The translations under genes and the position numbers were made by a program. From Felis catus (Eukaryota): 64,000 nt of DNA. Each line of letters begins with the position of its first letter. The stretch's first letter is position 1. Below, piece by piece: positions 12,486 through 25,870 of this stretch. The notes under the pieces were generated by a model. The model ran no database searches, was not told where the DNA came from, and saw nothing but the letters and a program-made list of their open reading frames with translations. Location of the stretch: contig NC_058369.1 of the NCBI RefSeq assembly GCF_018350175.1, positions 10,356,001 to 10,420,000 of the forward strand, given 5' to 3'.

Positions 12486-12765
12486 TCAGACTGCTGTCTT
12501 TGCTACTGTTGACTTCGTGACAGTTTGTTCATTTTCTTATGCTGATTCCCACCCCTGACACCCTGGCCCTAGATTCGGGTTGGAAAGATTCTCTTTGCTT
12601 CCTCCTGGTCCATCTCAGCTTAGCTGTGATGTTTAATAAAGCTCTACTGAGGTCAAGAGTAATGTGATCCTATTAAATCTAAGTCAGATCCTGCTCCTCC
12701 TCTCCTGAGAGCCTTCGGGAGTCCCGGTTCACTTAGAATAAAAGTCAGGGTCCTCACCATGGCCC
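12486..12765 (+). repeat. 280-bp direct repeat, copy 1
   Basis: Near-identical to 14007-14286 (about 7 mismatches by eye). Confidence 0.95.
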
Positions 12766-13749
12766 TTAGATGGTAAGTGTAGTCATGGTACTATATTAAA
12801 TCGCTCAGGGAGAGAGAGTAGAGTAAGAAAAGAGTCCTGAGTAAGTAATTTAAAAAGCAGGGAGTGGAGGAGACAGGGCAAGAATGCCTAGGCAGATGGG
12901 GAGAAATGATCAGAGGGGCTTCCTTGGGCGAGTGGAGCATGGTGAAATTAGCTGACTCTTGGCCTTGTCAAGACCATAAGTCCTGCATGGTCAGTTCGTT
13001 GGGCTCTCAACGTACACTATTCCCCTCCCTCAACACATGCACAATGGCCAAGCAGCCATGCAGGGGGGCTTCCTATTCTTCCTCCCCAGTGGTCCTCTGT
13101 GAGTGTGCTGATAGTTGGAGGCAAGAGTGGATCAAGAAGGACAGGGGGTGCCACCTGATGGTCAGGCATGTGCTATTACAGAGTGTTGATTCCACAGTCA
13201 GACCACTTGGGTTCAAATCTTAGCTCTGCCCCTTATTAGCTGTGTGACTTTGGGAAAGTCACTCAACTTCTCTGTCCCTCAGGCATGTCTGATCTGGGAT
13301 CACTTCGATAGTCTCCTGACTAGTTGTCTTGCCATCCCATTTTTTGCCACCCCCCCCAGCTGGGATAGCTTTCTGAAATATGAATCTGAGCCTATCACAC
13401 CTCTGCCTCACGGCCCCATGGATACTTTGCAGGCTAAATGTGCTGCTTAGGCTCATAAAGTCTACCTGATCTGGCCCGAGCCCACCTCTCCAGACTCCTC
13501 TCTCAGGCTGTCCACCTGCCCTGCTGGCTGGCTATTACCCGCACACCGCTTCGTAGAGCACATAAATATAAACCAGAATGCCTCTAGTCTTTTACCTGTG
13601 ATACAAAATGAGATTAGAATTCCTTTTTACTACCATGAAATTACAGCATAAAGCTCCAGGGGTTTTCTTGCTGAAAATAAGACCCTCTGAAAGTGTCTTC
13701 TCAGTTATTTCTGAGAGTCTCCTGCAGGTCGAGGTCCTAGACACTCTTT

Positions 13750-13987
13750 CTGTCCATCCATCCATCTGTCCATCCATCCATCCATCTGTCCGTCCATCCA
13801 TCCATCTGTCCATCTGTCCGTCCATCCATCCATCTGTCCATCTGTCTGTCCATCTGTCCGTCCATCCATCCATCTGTCCGTCCATCCACCTGTCCTTCCT
13901 TCCTTCCTTCCTTCCTTCCTTCCTTCCTTCCTTCCTTCCTTCCTTCCTTCCTTCCTTCCTTCCTTCCATCCATCCTTCCATCCATCC
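13750..13987. repeat. (TCCA/TCTG)n-(TTCC)n simple repeat
   Basis: Direct inspection. Confidence 0.95.
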
Positions 13988-14006
13988 CAGATTTTTCACC
14001 TTACTC

Positions 14007-14286
14007 TCAGACTGCTGTCTTTGCTACTGTTGACTTCGTGACAGTTTGTTCATTTTCTTATGCTGATTCCCACCCCTGACACCCTGGCCCTAGATTCCGG
14101 TTGGAAAGGTTCTCTTTGCTTCCTCCTGGTCCATCTCAGCCTAGCTGTGATGTTTAATAAAGCTCTACTGAGGTCAAGAGTAATGTGATCCTATTAAATC
14201 TACATCAGATCCTGCTCCTCCTCTCCTGAGAGCCTTCGGGAGTCCCAGTTCACTTAGAATAAAAGCCAGGGTCCTCACCATGGCCC
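14007..14286 (+). repeat. 280-bp direct repeat, copy 2 (runs on into L2-like sequence to ~15080)
   Basis: Near-identical to 12486-12765. Confidence 0.95.
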
Positions 14287-14699
14287 ATAAGTCCCTGCAC
14301 GATCTGTCTCAGTCCTCTCCTCGCCCTCGTCTCCTCCCAATCTCCCCCATCCTGCACTCTGCTTTCTCTGCCTCAGCCACCCTGGCTCCTTGCCTTTCCT
14401 TGGACATGCCAGGCACACTCCTGCCTCTGGGCTTTTGTACTTCTTGTTTTCTAAATGCTTTCTGCCTAATGCTGTTCTACCTAAATGCTTTCGCCCAGAT
14501 TCCTGCATGCGACCGCTTGGCTCACTGGCTCGCTTCAAGTCATTGCTTACGTGTCTCCTCTTTAGTGAGGTCTCCCCTGATCTCCCTGTCTAAATCTTTC
14601 TCTGTCTCTTCTTCCCTTCTTCTGTCTCTGTCTCTCTCACACACCCCCTCCATCCACTTTCCCCACTTGTTTCTATCCAGTGCACTCACCACCTTCTTT

Positions 14700-14903
14700 T
14701 TTAAAAATTATTTATTTTGAGAGAGAGAGAGAGATAGAGACAGAGCATGAGAAGGGGAGGGGCAGAGAGAAGAGACACAGAAGTAGGCTCCAGACTCTGA
14801 GCGGTCACCACAGAGCCCAGTTCAGGGCTCGAACTCGTGAACTGTGAGATCATGACCTGAACTGAAGTTGGCTGCTTAACTGACTGAGCCACCCGGGCAC
14901 CCC
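14700..14903 (-). mobile_element. Can-SINE
   Basis: Head and tail motifs. Confidence 0.88.
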
Positions 14904-16511
14904 ATCACCACCTCCTACTATACAAAACAATTTATTTCCCTTATTCTGTTTACTATCTCTATGCCCTACTAGAATGCCAGCTCTATAGGGCAAGTAATTT
15001 TGGTTTATTCATCGCTGTATTTCCTGCACCTCACACAGGGTCTGGGGCATAACAGGTGCTCAATCAATACTGATTTAATGACACAGAGATCTGGCTGGAG
15101 GGCAGTTATCAGTTGCTCTCAGAAGTGGCTGCCCTTGGTGACTTCAAGTTCCTGACTATCCTGACTAGCCCTTGAGAGGTCTCTTGGTGGTGGCGGGGCT
15201 GGTAGCTTGGCTCTCAACAATGGGGATCTCCAGGTGTCTACAGACCTCAGAGTCCAGGCTTGACCTCCACCCTAACCCCAGATTGCACCGCTCTATTCTA
15301 GGCACAGGGGATAAAATAGTGAACAAAACAAAAATCCCCGTTCTCATAAAGTCTTTTTTCTTTGCACATGCTGTTCCCTCTACTTGGAATTCATTCCTCT
15401 CTAATGCTAGGTGCACTTCCTCAAGACCCAGAAGCACCTCCTCCCCCCCCAAACCTTCACAATTATCCCAAAGCTAGCCCATACTAACTGGTAGAAAATT
15501 CCTCATAGTGTGGCTATCTCGGGCCAGTTGCCTGTTAAGAACCCGAGGTAGGAATTGGGATCCACATGATGTGTTGGGGGACAGTAGGGGCTGGGGTGCC
15601 CATGAATTTTTGGAGAACTCTCTTGGGAGAAGGATATTAAGGAAGCATGATAGGCAGGGGAAGGAGCTAAACGAGGTGGTCTCAGTAGGAGTCTTAGCCT
15701 CGGTTTCATTCCCTGGTGGAGCTCTGGGGGGTGCACCATGGCTTTGATCCATCTGGAGGCAAGGCCTTTTATCCCCTGGGTCCATCAGTCACTGGCTGTG
15801 GGCTGCCCCTTGGGGTGGCTTGGGGGACAGAACCTGACAGGCACAGTGATGGATGGGACCCGGGCAGAGGGCCAGAAGCAACCACCCACAGCACCCAAAC
15901 CTTTCTCTGTGTATACCCACTGTCTCAAATGTTGCTACTCTGCCGTAGCCTGATTTCCTTATTCTCTCTCCTGAGCGCAGTCCCCAGTAAATCACAAGCC
16001 TAGGGAGCCTGACCTAATAGAATCCCTCCCTTATTTGGTTGTCACCAAAAGAAAGTAGGAAAAAAGAATTCAAGGTTCCTAACTCTTTATGATTTTACCT
16101 GAAACAAGATTTAGAAATAATATTATGCCAAGGCACAAACAAGATCCCTCAGCAATCCAATTTTATTGACGACGACGACGATGGTTAAATCCTATTTGGA
16201 CCTAGATACAGAGTACTTAGTCCTTACACCATACTGCCACCTTCTGGGAAAACTAAGAAATAAGAAATTCAAAGTAGCTTCAAATGTTTCGTTTGTTAAG
16301 CAGGACTGAGGGTGAAGATTGAAACCTTTAGAGTGCAAGGAGCCGAAGCCAATCCTACAGAGTATTAACCAGTCCTTTTTTATGTTATCTTAAATATACT
16401 ATTATATTCTTATTGCATTTGGAAATTGAGGTCCACAGATATTATTGAATTAATAAGCTAAATTTAGTAATAGGCATAGGAAATGGGGGTTAGGAACCTG
16501 GTCTTCATATT

Positions 16512-17073
16512 TATTCATCTATCCATCCATCCATCCATCCATCCATCCATCCATCCTTCATTCATCATCCATCCATCCACCTATCCATCTTTCTTCTTTC
16601 CTTCCTTCTGTCCATCCATCCATCATCTATCATCCATCCATCCTTTCTTCCATCCATCCACCCATCCATCTTCCTTCTTTCCTTCCTTCCTCCTGTCCAT
16701 CCATCATCCATTCATCATCCATACATCCATCCACCTATGCAACTTCCTTCCTCCCTTCTTTCTTTCCTTCCTTCCCTCCTTCTGTCCATCCATCCATCCA
16801 TCCATCCATCATCTATCATCCATCCATCCTTTCTTCCATCCATCCATCCACCCATCCATATTCCTTCCTTCCTTCCTTCCTTCCTTCCTTCTCTCCTTCT
16901 GTCCATCCATCCATCCATCCATCCATCATCTATCATCCATCCATCCTTTCTTCCATCCATCCACCCATCCATCTTCCTTCCTTCCTTCCTTCCTTCCTTC
17001 CTTCCTTCCTTCCTTCTCTCCTTCTGTCCATCCATCCATCCATCCATCCATCCATCTATCCCTCCATCCATCC
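16512..17073. repeat. Compound (TCCA)n/(TTCC)n repeat with higher-order units
   Basis: Direct inspection. Confidence 0.95.
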
Positions 17074-17239
17074 CACAAATGTTTAGGATATGCCTTCTCT
17101 GTGTTTGGTGATTTCATGTCAGATTGATAAATTTTACTCAATCTTAACTTTCTCACATTTAAAATCCTGCCAATCCATTTACTCTTCAGGAGAAAAAATA
17201 CATCCATGGCATTAATAAAATTTGATTTTCTTCCCTTGG

Positions 17240-18662
17240 TTTTTAAAAAAAGTTTATTTATTTATTTGAAGAGAGACAGAGATAGCATGAGTGGGGGAAG
17301 GGCAGAGGGAGAGACATGGGAGGGGTGGAAAGAGGGAAGAGAGAGAATCCCAAGCAGGCTCCATGCTGCCAGCACAGAGCCTGACTCAGGACTTGAACTC
17401 ACCACACCATGAGATCATGACCTGAGCCGGAACCAAGAGCAGGACACTCAACCAACTGAGCCACCCAGGCACCCCATTATTCCCTTTAATTGCTAAAAAC
17501 ATTCTTTTTTTTTTTTAAGTTTATTTAGTATTTATTTTGAGAGAGACAGAGACAGCATGAGTGGGGGAGGGGCAGAGAGTGAGGGAGACAGAGAATCCCA
17601 AGCAGGTTCCGCACCGTCAGCTTGGAGCCTGATTCGGGGCTTGAACTCACGAAACCATGAGATCATGACTGAAATCAAGAGTTGGATGCCCAACTGACTG
17701 AGCCACCCAGAGCCCCCCAGGAGCCCCCCAAATACATTCTTATGTAAGTAGTTCTAGGGAATAAAATCAGAGTTGGTGCAGGGCAAGTTTGGGAATAGGT
17801 AAATGCCACGGGAGACAAATAAGGATGTTGCTGCGTAATTAACTCCTAACGCTGATGTATTTTGAGTAGCTGTTGTAAGATACACTGTGAAATTATTTCT
17901 GCATCATTCAGTACTGTTTTACCACTGCACTTTTTTTTTTTCAATTTTTTTTTTTATTTATTTTTGGGACAGAGAGAGACAGAGCATGAACGGGGGAGGG
18001 GCAGAGAGAGAGGGAGACACAGAATCGGAAACAGGCTCCAGGCTCCGAGCCATCAGCCCAGAGCCCGACGCGGGGCTCGAACTCAGGGACCGCGAGATCG
18101 TGACCTGGCTGAAGTCGGACACTTAACCGACTGTGCCACCCAGGTGCCCCACCACTGCACTTTAAAAAAAAATTTTTTTTTTCAACGTTTATTTATTTTT
18201 GGGACAGAGAGAGACAGAGCATGAACGGGGGAGGGGCAGAGAGAGAGGGAGACACAGAATCGGAAACAGGCTCCAGGTTCTGAGCCATCAGCCCAGAGCC
18301 CGACGCGGGGCTCGACGCGGGGCTCGAACTCACGGACCGTGAGATCGTGACCTGGCTGAAGTCGGACGCTTAACCGACTGTGCCACCCAGGCGCCCCTAC
18401 ACTTTTAATGACTTCACCATACTGCTCTACACGGAATTAGTCAGTCCTTTACAGATGCATGGGTAGGCTGATTCCAGTTACTTTGTAACCCCAAATGCTG
18501 CAATGAACAGCCTTATGTTTTTAACACAGATCCTGTGTCAATGTTTCTTTTTTAACTTTTAAAAAATTTATTGAAGTGCTCTTTATACCCACTGCGGGGC
18601 TTGAACTCACAACCCCAAGATCAAAAGTCGCGTGCTCTTCTGACAGAGCCGGCTGGGCGCCC
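17240..18662 (-). mobile_element. Cluster of five Can-SINEs (approx. 17240-17474, 17505-17716, 17930-18150, 18170-18397, 18555-18662)
   Basis: Repeated heads and tails; the 18170 copy carries an internal gacgcggggctc duplication. Confidence 0.9.
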
Positions 18663-19273
18663 GGATCCCGCGTAAATATTTCTATGGGAAAACTCACTGG
18701 AACTGGGTCAAAGGGTAAACACGCCAGAAATTCTGATTATTTTGTCCCAGTGGTGCTTTAAAAAGATTTGTGACTTACATTCCCTCCTGCTTTGATGGAC
18801 TCTTCTTCACCTCTTTGGCGAGGGAGGGATTCCTGCCTGGCAGTTGTGGGCATGACCTCCGACGCCAGACAGAGGAGAGTCACCGTAGTTTATGAGTCAC
18901 ATACACTCATAGTTCAGGGGAGGAGGAAGCCACACGCCACACAGGGCCCCAGAGGGCTGCACTCAGGAACACTGTGCACGGCTCCTAGGCAGGCTTTGTA
19001 GTAACAAGAGGGAGAGGGGTCTCCTGGTGCTGCTCCCCTCCCCCGACGGGAGGATGTGATGGGCTCGTCTGAATCATTCTGCAGGCTGGCAGGGCGCTGA
19101 AGCCTGCTACTCAGGACCCAACAGCAACTGCGCCTGGTCCCCAAGATAAGGAGGATGGTTTCCACGGGGGATCTTTTCTGTGGGAGCAGACTGGGGAGGC
19201 AAACTTCTGGTTGGGTCAATCCAGGCTATTCCAGTTTCCCCAGACACCAGGGCAGCACGTGATACCGGACCTT

Positions 19274-19790
19274 GGGGCACCTGGGTGGCTCCTGGGTCGA
19301 ACATCCGAATTCGGCTCAGGTTGTGATCTCACAGGTCACGGATTCTAGCCCCGCGTTGGGCTCTCTGCTGTCAGCACAGAGCCTGCTTTGGATCCTCTGT
19401 CCCCCTTCTCTCTCTGCCCCTCCCCCATGCATCCTCTCCCAAAATAAGTAAATAAAAACCTTAAAAAAAAATACTAGACTTTACTTTTAGGCCTTATACC
19501 AAACGTCCCAAATGCGTTCATCTACCCTCACCTGTGGCTTTGCGTTTCACGGCCTCAGTTGCCCATGGTCCAGACGTGGTTACCAGCCTAGCGCTACGTC
19601 ACTACGCCTATGCCATTCAACTCACTTCATCTTTGCCCACAGGGAGGGCCTCACAGAGGCATTTTGTCATCTCACGTCATCACAAGGAGAAAAGGGGTGA
19701 GTGCGGGGCAATCAGACATTTCGAGAGAGAGACTCTGATTCCGGGATACTGTTACAACTGCTCTATTGTATTATTGGTTGTTGTTGTGCA
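19274..19790. mobile_element. Can-SINE (+, 19274-19470) and MER44/Tigger-like fragment (~19520-19790)
   Basis: SINE head; tcacttcatct...ggcattttgtcatctcacgtcatcacaag resembles MER44. Confidence 0.65.
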
Positions 19791-20429
19791 AGTAGACGGG
19801 TCACGCCGCATCTGGGGGCACGGGACCTTCACACGCCTGGTCTCCTTCCCTCTGCCACGTCGGCGTTCCCTGCCGCTGATGTGACTGTGAGGATGGAGCT
19901 GAGGTTTGGGCAAGCGGCCCCCAGACCGAAGGACCAAGGACATATTCTTGCCCTGTTGGAGAGATGCGGGGGACGGTATACCTCGCCACAACCGTTAGCT
20001 TGCCAAGCAGTCTGCTTGACGGTCATGGCGTTTTTGGGCACAAGACACGTCGGCCCAGACTGGTGCCGCTGACGGGTGGCTGAATGACGACCTCACGAAC
20101 ACTGAACGCTTCGTACGCTTTGTATATATATGCAACACATCAGAGTATCTCTCTCTCAACCTTCCCTTCTTTCTATGTTCAACACACACACATGCACATC
20201 TACTTCCTTTTACTTAACACGACTTCTGAATTTTACCTACGTCTTCAACTTGTTTACTAGAAACCTATCTATACTTAACACATCTGATGAGTTTCATGTC
20301 TTCCATTTGTATTCTTGTTTTCTACGGCAGAGATTGTCTCAATCTCTGGGACATTCCCGATTTTGACAATGTTAGCATTAGGGAGATACCATAGTGTCCT
20401 AACATAATTCTGGGAACAAAGAGACCTCT

Positions 20430-20704
20430 TTAAAAATTTTTTTCATATGTATTTTTTATTTTGAGAGAGAGAAAGAGAGAGAGATAGAGAATATGAATGG
20501 GGTAGAGGGATAGAGGGAGGGGACAGAGAGAGAGAGAGGAAGAGAATGAATGGGGTACACAGAGGTAGGGAGGGAGAGAATCCAAAACAGTCTCCATGCT
20601 CAGTGTGGAGCCCAACATGGGGCTCGATCCCACAGCCCTGGGATCATGACCTGAGCCAAAATCAAGAGTCTGACCCTCAACCCACTGGGCCACCCAGGTG
20701 CCCC
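20430..20704 (-). mobile_element. Can-SINE
   Basis: Head and tail motifs. Confidence 0.85.
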
Positions 20705-21229
20705 TCATCAGTTCTTTTTTTTAATTCTTCAGACATGAGCACATACTCTGCATGATGCGTTGAGGTAGTTTTACTGGAATGGATCAACCTCATCTCTCTC
20801 CACATCTCCCCTCCAATTCTCCACTGGAACGCCCCTGTAGGAAGGCGCTTTGTAACCCTAGCATTTAGCATGTAGCAATCAACCGAAGCTGTCTCAGTAC
20901 TTATTGAAAGGAATAATACCCCCTATGTGCCTGATACATAAAGAACATCAGGGAACTGGTTACAGTGGTTATTTCTGGAAAATTTTAGAGAGGGATTGAG
21001 ACCCCCATTTGAACTTTCCCTGTGTGTGTATCATCTATACTATATAACACATCAGTTAAAAAAAACAAAAAGAAGAGTCAGATCTTTTATTGTCTTGAAC
21101 ATTTTTTCACATGTTATTTTCAGTGAGAAAGGTAAGCTGGAGGAGAAACAAAATATATAATCCTCATCTTAGAAGAAATTAGACTGAGAAAGAAATCCTA
21201 CCTAGGGGTATGTTTTTGTAGCGGTGTGC

Positions 21230-22030
21230 GTGGACCCAAAGGATCAGAGCGGAGGTGGGAGAAGTTAAACACTGAGCGTCCCAACTTGCCGGCGAGATCC
21301 CTCCCGTTTCCCCGCCCACCAAGCCCGGGACCCGCCCAATCCCCGCCCATCAGCCGAAGCCACGCCCCCAGCCCTGTCTGTCCGGCAAAGGCCCCACCTC
21401 TGCGTCCCCTCTCCAGGTCCAGTCCGACCCCATCCCAGAGCCTAACCTTCACCCCGCGGGGAAGGAAACGAGGACTTCTCCTCCGAGGCTGGATGAAAAA
21501 GGAGTCAACACGTCTCTCACTGCCTGAAGCACCTCCGGCCCCGAGAGCCGCAGCGCCGGCCACTTCCGCTCCTCGCGTCCGGAAGCGGAAGTGCGCGGCT
21601 GCGGCCGACTGCGGCGGGTGTGCTGGGCCGCGCGGCGCGCCGCGGTGGGAGTGTCTCCGGCCGTTCTGCAGGTGCGGCCCGGCCCCTCGGGGAGGCGGGG
21701 AGGGCCCTGCGGGCGCGGGGAGGGGCCGAAGGGCCCAGGACAGCAGCCCCGGCCGCAGTGCCTGCCCCCAGCGGTCGCCCCGGGGGCCCGGAGGGGGTCC
21801 CGCACAGCTCGGCCTCGCAGCCGTCGTCCCCGACCCCCCCGGCTCGGGCCCCTTGCCCCGCGTCCCCGCGGGCGGGACTGTCGCCCCATCCATCGAAAGG
21901 GAAATCGCGGAGTACCGTCCAGGTTCCGCAGCTCAGGAAGGTGGTGCCACCAGGCGGCCCAGCCTTCTTCACCCGCCCTCCGGGATCTGTAGGGCCCTGC
22001 GGGATCTCCCCGGAGGCCAGGGAGCTGTTT
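21230..22030 (+). promoter_or_regulatory. ZNF333: CpG-island promoter of ZNF333 with GC boxes, CCAAT and tandem ETS (GABPA-type) sites; probable non-coding exon 1 ending at 21671
   Basis: Very high GC/CpG density; ccccgccc boxes ~21310 and ~21341, ccaat ~21336, cacttccg...ccggaagcggaagtg 21561-21593; cag|gtgcgg donor at 21671/21672. Confidence 0.8.
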
Positions 22031-22243
22031 ATTAGTAATTCACGTTTCATTTCCTATGACGTTTCACGTCGTCTAGCTCTGCGACTGGAAAGTTAGGTCG
22101 GAATCTGCACGTGCAGATTGGTGAGCGACTTGTCAAGCGAATGGAAAAGATGGATGATCCCTCTCTCAAGGGATGAATTAGATGACAGATTTTTGGTTTT
22201 GGTGATTGACGATTTGCAGCTCCTTAGCTTAGGGCTTGTTAGC

Positions 22244-22430
22244 TTTCCTTTCCTTTTTCCTTTCGTTTTTCTTTCCCTTTTCCTTCCCTTCCCCTTCCTC
22301 CCTTCCCCTCCCTCCCTCCCTCCTTCCTTCCTCCCTCCCTCCCTCCCTTCCTCCCTTCCTTCCTTCCTTCCTTCCTTCCTTCCTTCCTTCCTTCCTTCCT
22401 TCCTTCCTTCCTCCCTTCCTCCCTTCCTTT
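22244..22430. repeat. (TTCC)n/(TCCC)n simple repeat
   Basis: Direct inspection. Confidence 0.95.
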
Positions 22431-23459
22431 GAAAAGAGCTTTTAATTTGCCTGTGAGCATTCACTGAGAGATGAGGGTATCTTAAGAAAAGCTATTTCCC
22501 AGTTATGTCGCAAGTCTTATTACCATCAAGGAAAAGTAAGATTACTCACTTTTCACGGCACCTCCCACCCGAGTTACCCCAACCCTATGAATGAATAACC
22601 ACAAGGCTCAAAGACGCGGGATTCTTGGAAAGAGATGAGGTAGCTTTGTTAGTACTGAGAATTGAAATTAAGTGGGCCATAAATGGGGTGTCTTTTTGAA
22701 ATTTTAGGGTTAAAACTAACTTTCGAGACGTGAGGAAAAAAATTAATTCTGGAAGAAAATTGGACATCGGATTTCAATTTTACAGGAGAGGTGTTTGTTT
22801 TCAAAAAGAGCACAGGTCCTGCCTTGCCTTTCTGGAAAGACTTAACATTGTTTCTCAAAGGCATCTGAAAACTAGTGTTGGTTTATGTTATGTGAACAGG
22901 CATCTTAAGTCATTTTTATCTTGGATTTTGTGGTGTTCTGTCGTTGTTCTGTGTGTCCGTGCAGGTGCGTGCCTTCTTAGGCTAGCCATGCCGCATTGTT
23001 CTTGGGGAGTGTGGATTGTTTGGCACCTTTCCTTTGGGGTGCCCTCTGTGAACCGGGAGAAACAAAGTGACTGAAGTAGATACAGTACTTGCCCCTGTGG
23101 GCAAGTTTCTACTGTAATTATCTGCTTTATTCTCCTTTAAATTAATCATGAGCTGGGTACTGTGGAAACGTGGAGCGGGAGAAATTGGGGAGGAGGTCAG
23201 GAAAAATATCTTACAAGGCACAAATGTTTGAATCCCCACCCCCCCCGGCCCCCATGAGCTAGCTGCGTGTAGCTAGACAAGGGGTCGGCTGTAGGAGTGG
23301 GGAGGAGATTTGAGAGAACATTCCAGATACACAGTTCCTTAGGCAGGACTCGGCCTGGTGTGTTCCAGGAGCTGAGAAAAGACAGGGACAGCCGAAGTAG
23401 GGGAAACAAAGTGTGGAATGGCGGAGCCCGGTTGGAGAGGAGAGCAGGCCCTGAAGGCC

Positions 23460-23648
23460 ATGGTCAAATCTGACCCAGTGCTGGTTTCCATGAAAAACGT
23501 CTTATTGGAACACATTTGTTGCTGTGTGGTCTATGGCTGCTCTCGTGCTATGACCACAGTCCAGTAGCTGCTTTAGAGGCCATTTGGCCCACAGCTGCCT
23601 AGATATTTACTGCCTGGACTTTTTAAGAAAACGTTTGCCAGCCCCTAG
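23460..23648. mobile_element. MER58-like hAT element
   Basis: ggtcaaatctg...ttattggaacac...tctatggctgct...atatttact...gtttgccagccccta. Confidence 0.65.
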
Positions 23649-23943
23649 TACATAAAGTACTTAGTATGCATCAAGTGCTGTGGTGGTGGCAGGAGTTGGA
23701 GTCCCGAAAAAAAGTGGACCCAGGTTCGTACTTTGGGAATGTATGTGGCAGCTGGAGAGGGAGAGGCAGAATCACCTAAACAAGTAAATTAAAAATTGCA
23801 ACTTGATCACAGCCATGGAAGAAAAGTAGAGTCTGTTGGAGGTATTTTGAGGGAATGTAACGACAGGGGAAATAATCCTTTTTTAAAAAGTGTTTACTTA
23901 TTTATCTTGAGAGAGACAGAGAATGAGCACAAGCAGGGGAGGA

Positions 23944-23976
<33 letters not shown>

Positions 23977-24594
23977 CCCAAGCAGGCTCCACACTGTTAG
24001 TGAAGAGCGCTGGACGCGGGGCTCGATCTCGCCCTGAGATCATGACCTGAGCCGAAGTCAAGGGTTGGATGTTTAACCGACTGAGCCACCGAGGTGCCCC
24101 TAATCCTTTTATTAATTTTTTTTAATGTTTATTCATTTTTGAAAGAGAGAGACAGAGCACAAGCAGGGGTGGGGTGGAGAGAGAGGGAGACACAGAATCC
24201 AAAGCAGGCTCCAGGCTCAGAGCTGTCAACACAGAGCCTGATGTGGGGCTCAAACTCACGAACTGCGAGATCACAATCCGAGCCTAAGTCGGACGCTCAA
24301 CCGACTGAGCCACCCAGGCGCCCCTTTAATCCTTTTATTAGATGAGAGGAACCACCAGAAATGATCAGGGGTTGTGGTCTGGAAGGTGGGTCTGGGCCCA
24401 GTATGTTGCTTATTGGGGAAGATTCCGTGTAAGGGTTTTGCTGGGCCTCCTTGCTGGAGACCCACGGAAGTGGGAGCACCTGGGCCAAACCCCTGTTCAC
24501 TGCCCTGCTTCCACCCTGACCCCTTTCTCTTACCTTGGTTTCTTTTATTGCAGGGAGGACACCTAATGAGACCTTAAATCCTGGCACTGGTGTC

Positions 24595-24597
24595 ATG
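24595..24597 (+). CDS. ZNF333: ZNF333 start codon at the end of exon 2 (exon 24554-24597)
   Basis: ttgcag acceptor, ...TGTCATG|gtgagg donor; splices in frame to ESVTF, giving [11 protein letters not shown] as in human ZNF333. Confidence 0.8.
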
Positions 24598-25870
24598 GTG
24601 AGGGGGCTGGGAGAGTTGGAATTGTTGAGGGGGGGATAATTCTGTCCTCTGGGCCCTGTCCCCTCTCTCCCCACCCCAAAATGAGGAAGAAACGGGAGGG
24701 GTAGTGTGGAGCACCTTCTGCCTTGCCCCCGGGGACCTGGTGGCCTCTTTCAGTGCCTGGCCTCTGGAGGGATCTGGCTCGGGAGGAGGGTCCCCACAGT
24801 GACCCCGGGGGCTCTGAGCTGAACTCCAGAGTCTGACTGCAGAATGAGGTTCATTTAGATTTTTAAAAAATGTTTATTCATTTTTTTTTGAGAGACCGAG
24901 CATGAGCAGGGGAGGGGGAGAGAGAGAGAGGGAGACACGGAATCCAAAGCAGGCTCCAGGCTCTGAGCCGTCAGCACGGAGCCCGATGCGGGGCTCGAAC
25001 TCACGAACCGCGAGATCACGACCTGAGCCGAAGCCAGATGCCTAACCGACTGAGCCACCCAGGCACCCCTGAATGAGGCTCATTTAGAGTCGGTAGCAGC
25101 AGAGCTCCACCGGGGCCATCCCTTGTGAGGCCTCCCCAAACCACGCGTGTCTGTATACATTTAAATTAATTGAAATTCAGTAAAATTAAAGGTCAGTTTC
25201 TCAGGGGCCTGAGTCACATTTCTCAAGTGCTCAGTAGCTACACATGCTGGGGGCTGCTCTCTTGGAAAGCACAGACAGAGAACATTCCCACCATCTCATA
25301 GAGCTCGACCAGACCATGCTGAGCTCGAGGGTTCTGAAATTAAAAGGCCGTTGGGTTTCTCAGGCGCGACGGAAGTCCTGTTTTAGCAACTCATAAAAGG
25401 ATTACAAAGTGCTTATGTGAGTCTTGGGAGGGGTTCTAGGGATTTCACGAAAATTATGTGATGGACCCCAAACTTGTGATGCCTTAAATAAGAAATGTAG
25501 GAAAAACTCTCCCTAGAGCCCAGAGATCGTCTCTGCAGTGGTGGCTGAAGTGGCGAAGAGAGCCAAAGCCCGCACTCTGGCATTTCTCCAAATGTCAGAA
25601 GCGAGGAAATGTCTGCTAGGGTGGCCATGTGATCCCTGTCCCGGTCACAGCAACGACTCACTGTTGTGGGTACGGCACAAAATGAGCCGTGGAGATGGCC
25701 AAACAGATGGGGCATGGCGGCGTGCCAATGAAACTTGAAAAGACAGGAGGCGGGCCGGGTTTGTGGAGCCCTGCTGTGGAGACAGTGTCCCGAACGTTCT
25801 CCCTTCCCCGGTGATAACCAGTTGTCCTGCAGGTGGGTTTTGCTGAGCCAGCATACGTGTGTTGTTGTAG

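Noticed and set aside
12486..14286. Paired LTRs of a small retroelement
   Set aside because: No TG..CA termini, PBS or PPT, and the interior holds MIR/L2-like and simple repeats
19795..20110. CpG-rich unique segment as a processed pseudogene
   Set aside because: No recognisable protein or RNA similarity in any frame
21198..22096. Overlapping 130-270 aa ORFs on both strands
   Set aside because: Stop-poor GC-rich CpG island; no domain recognisable
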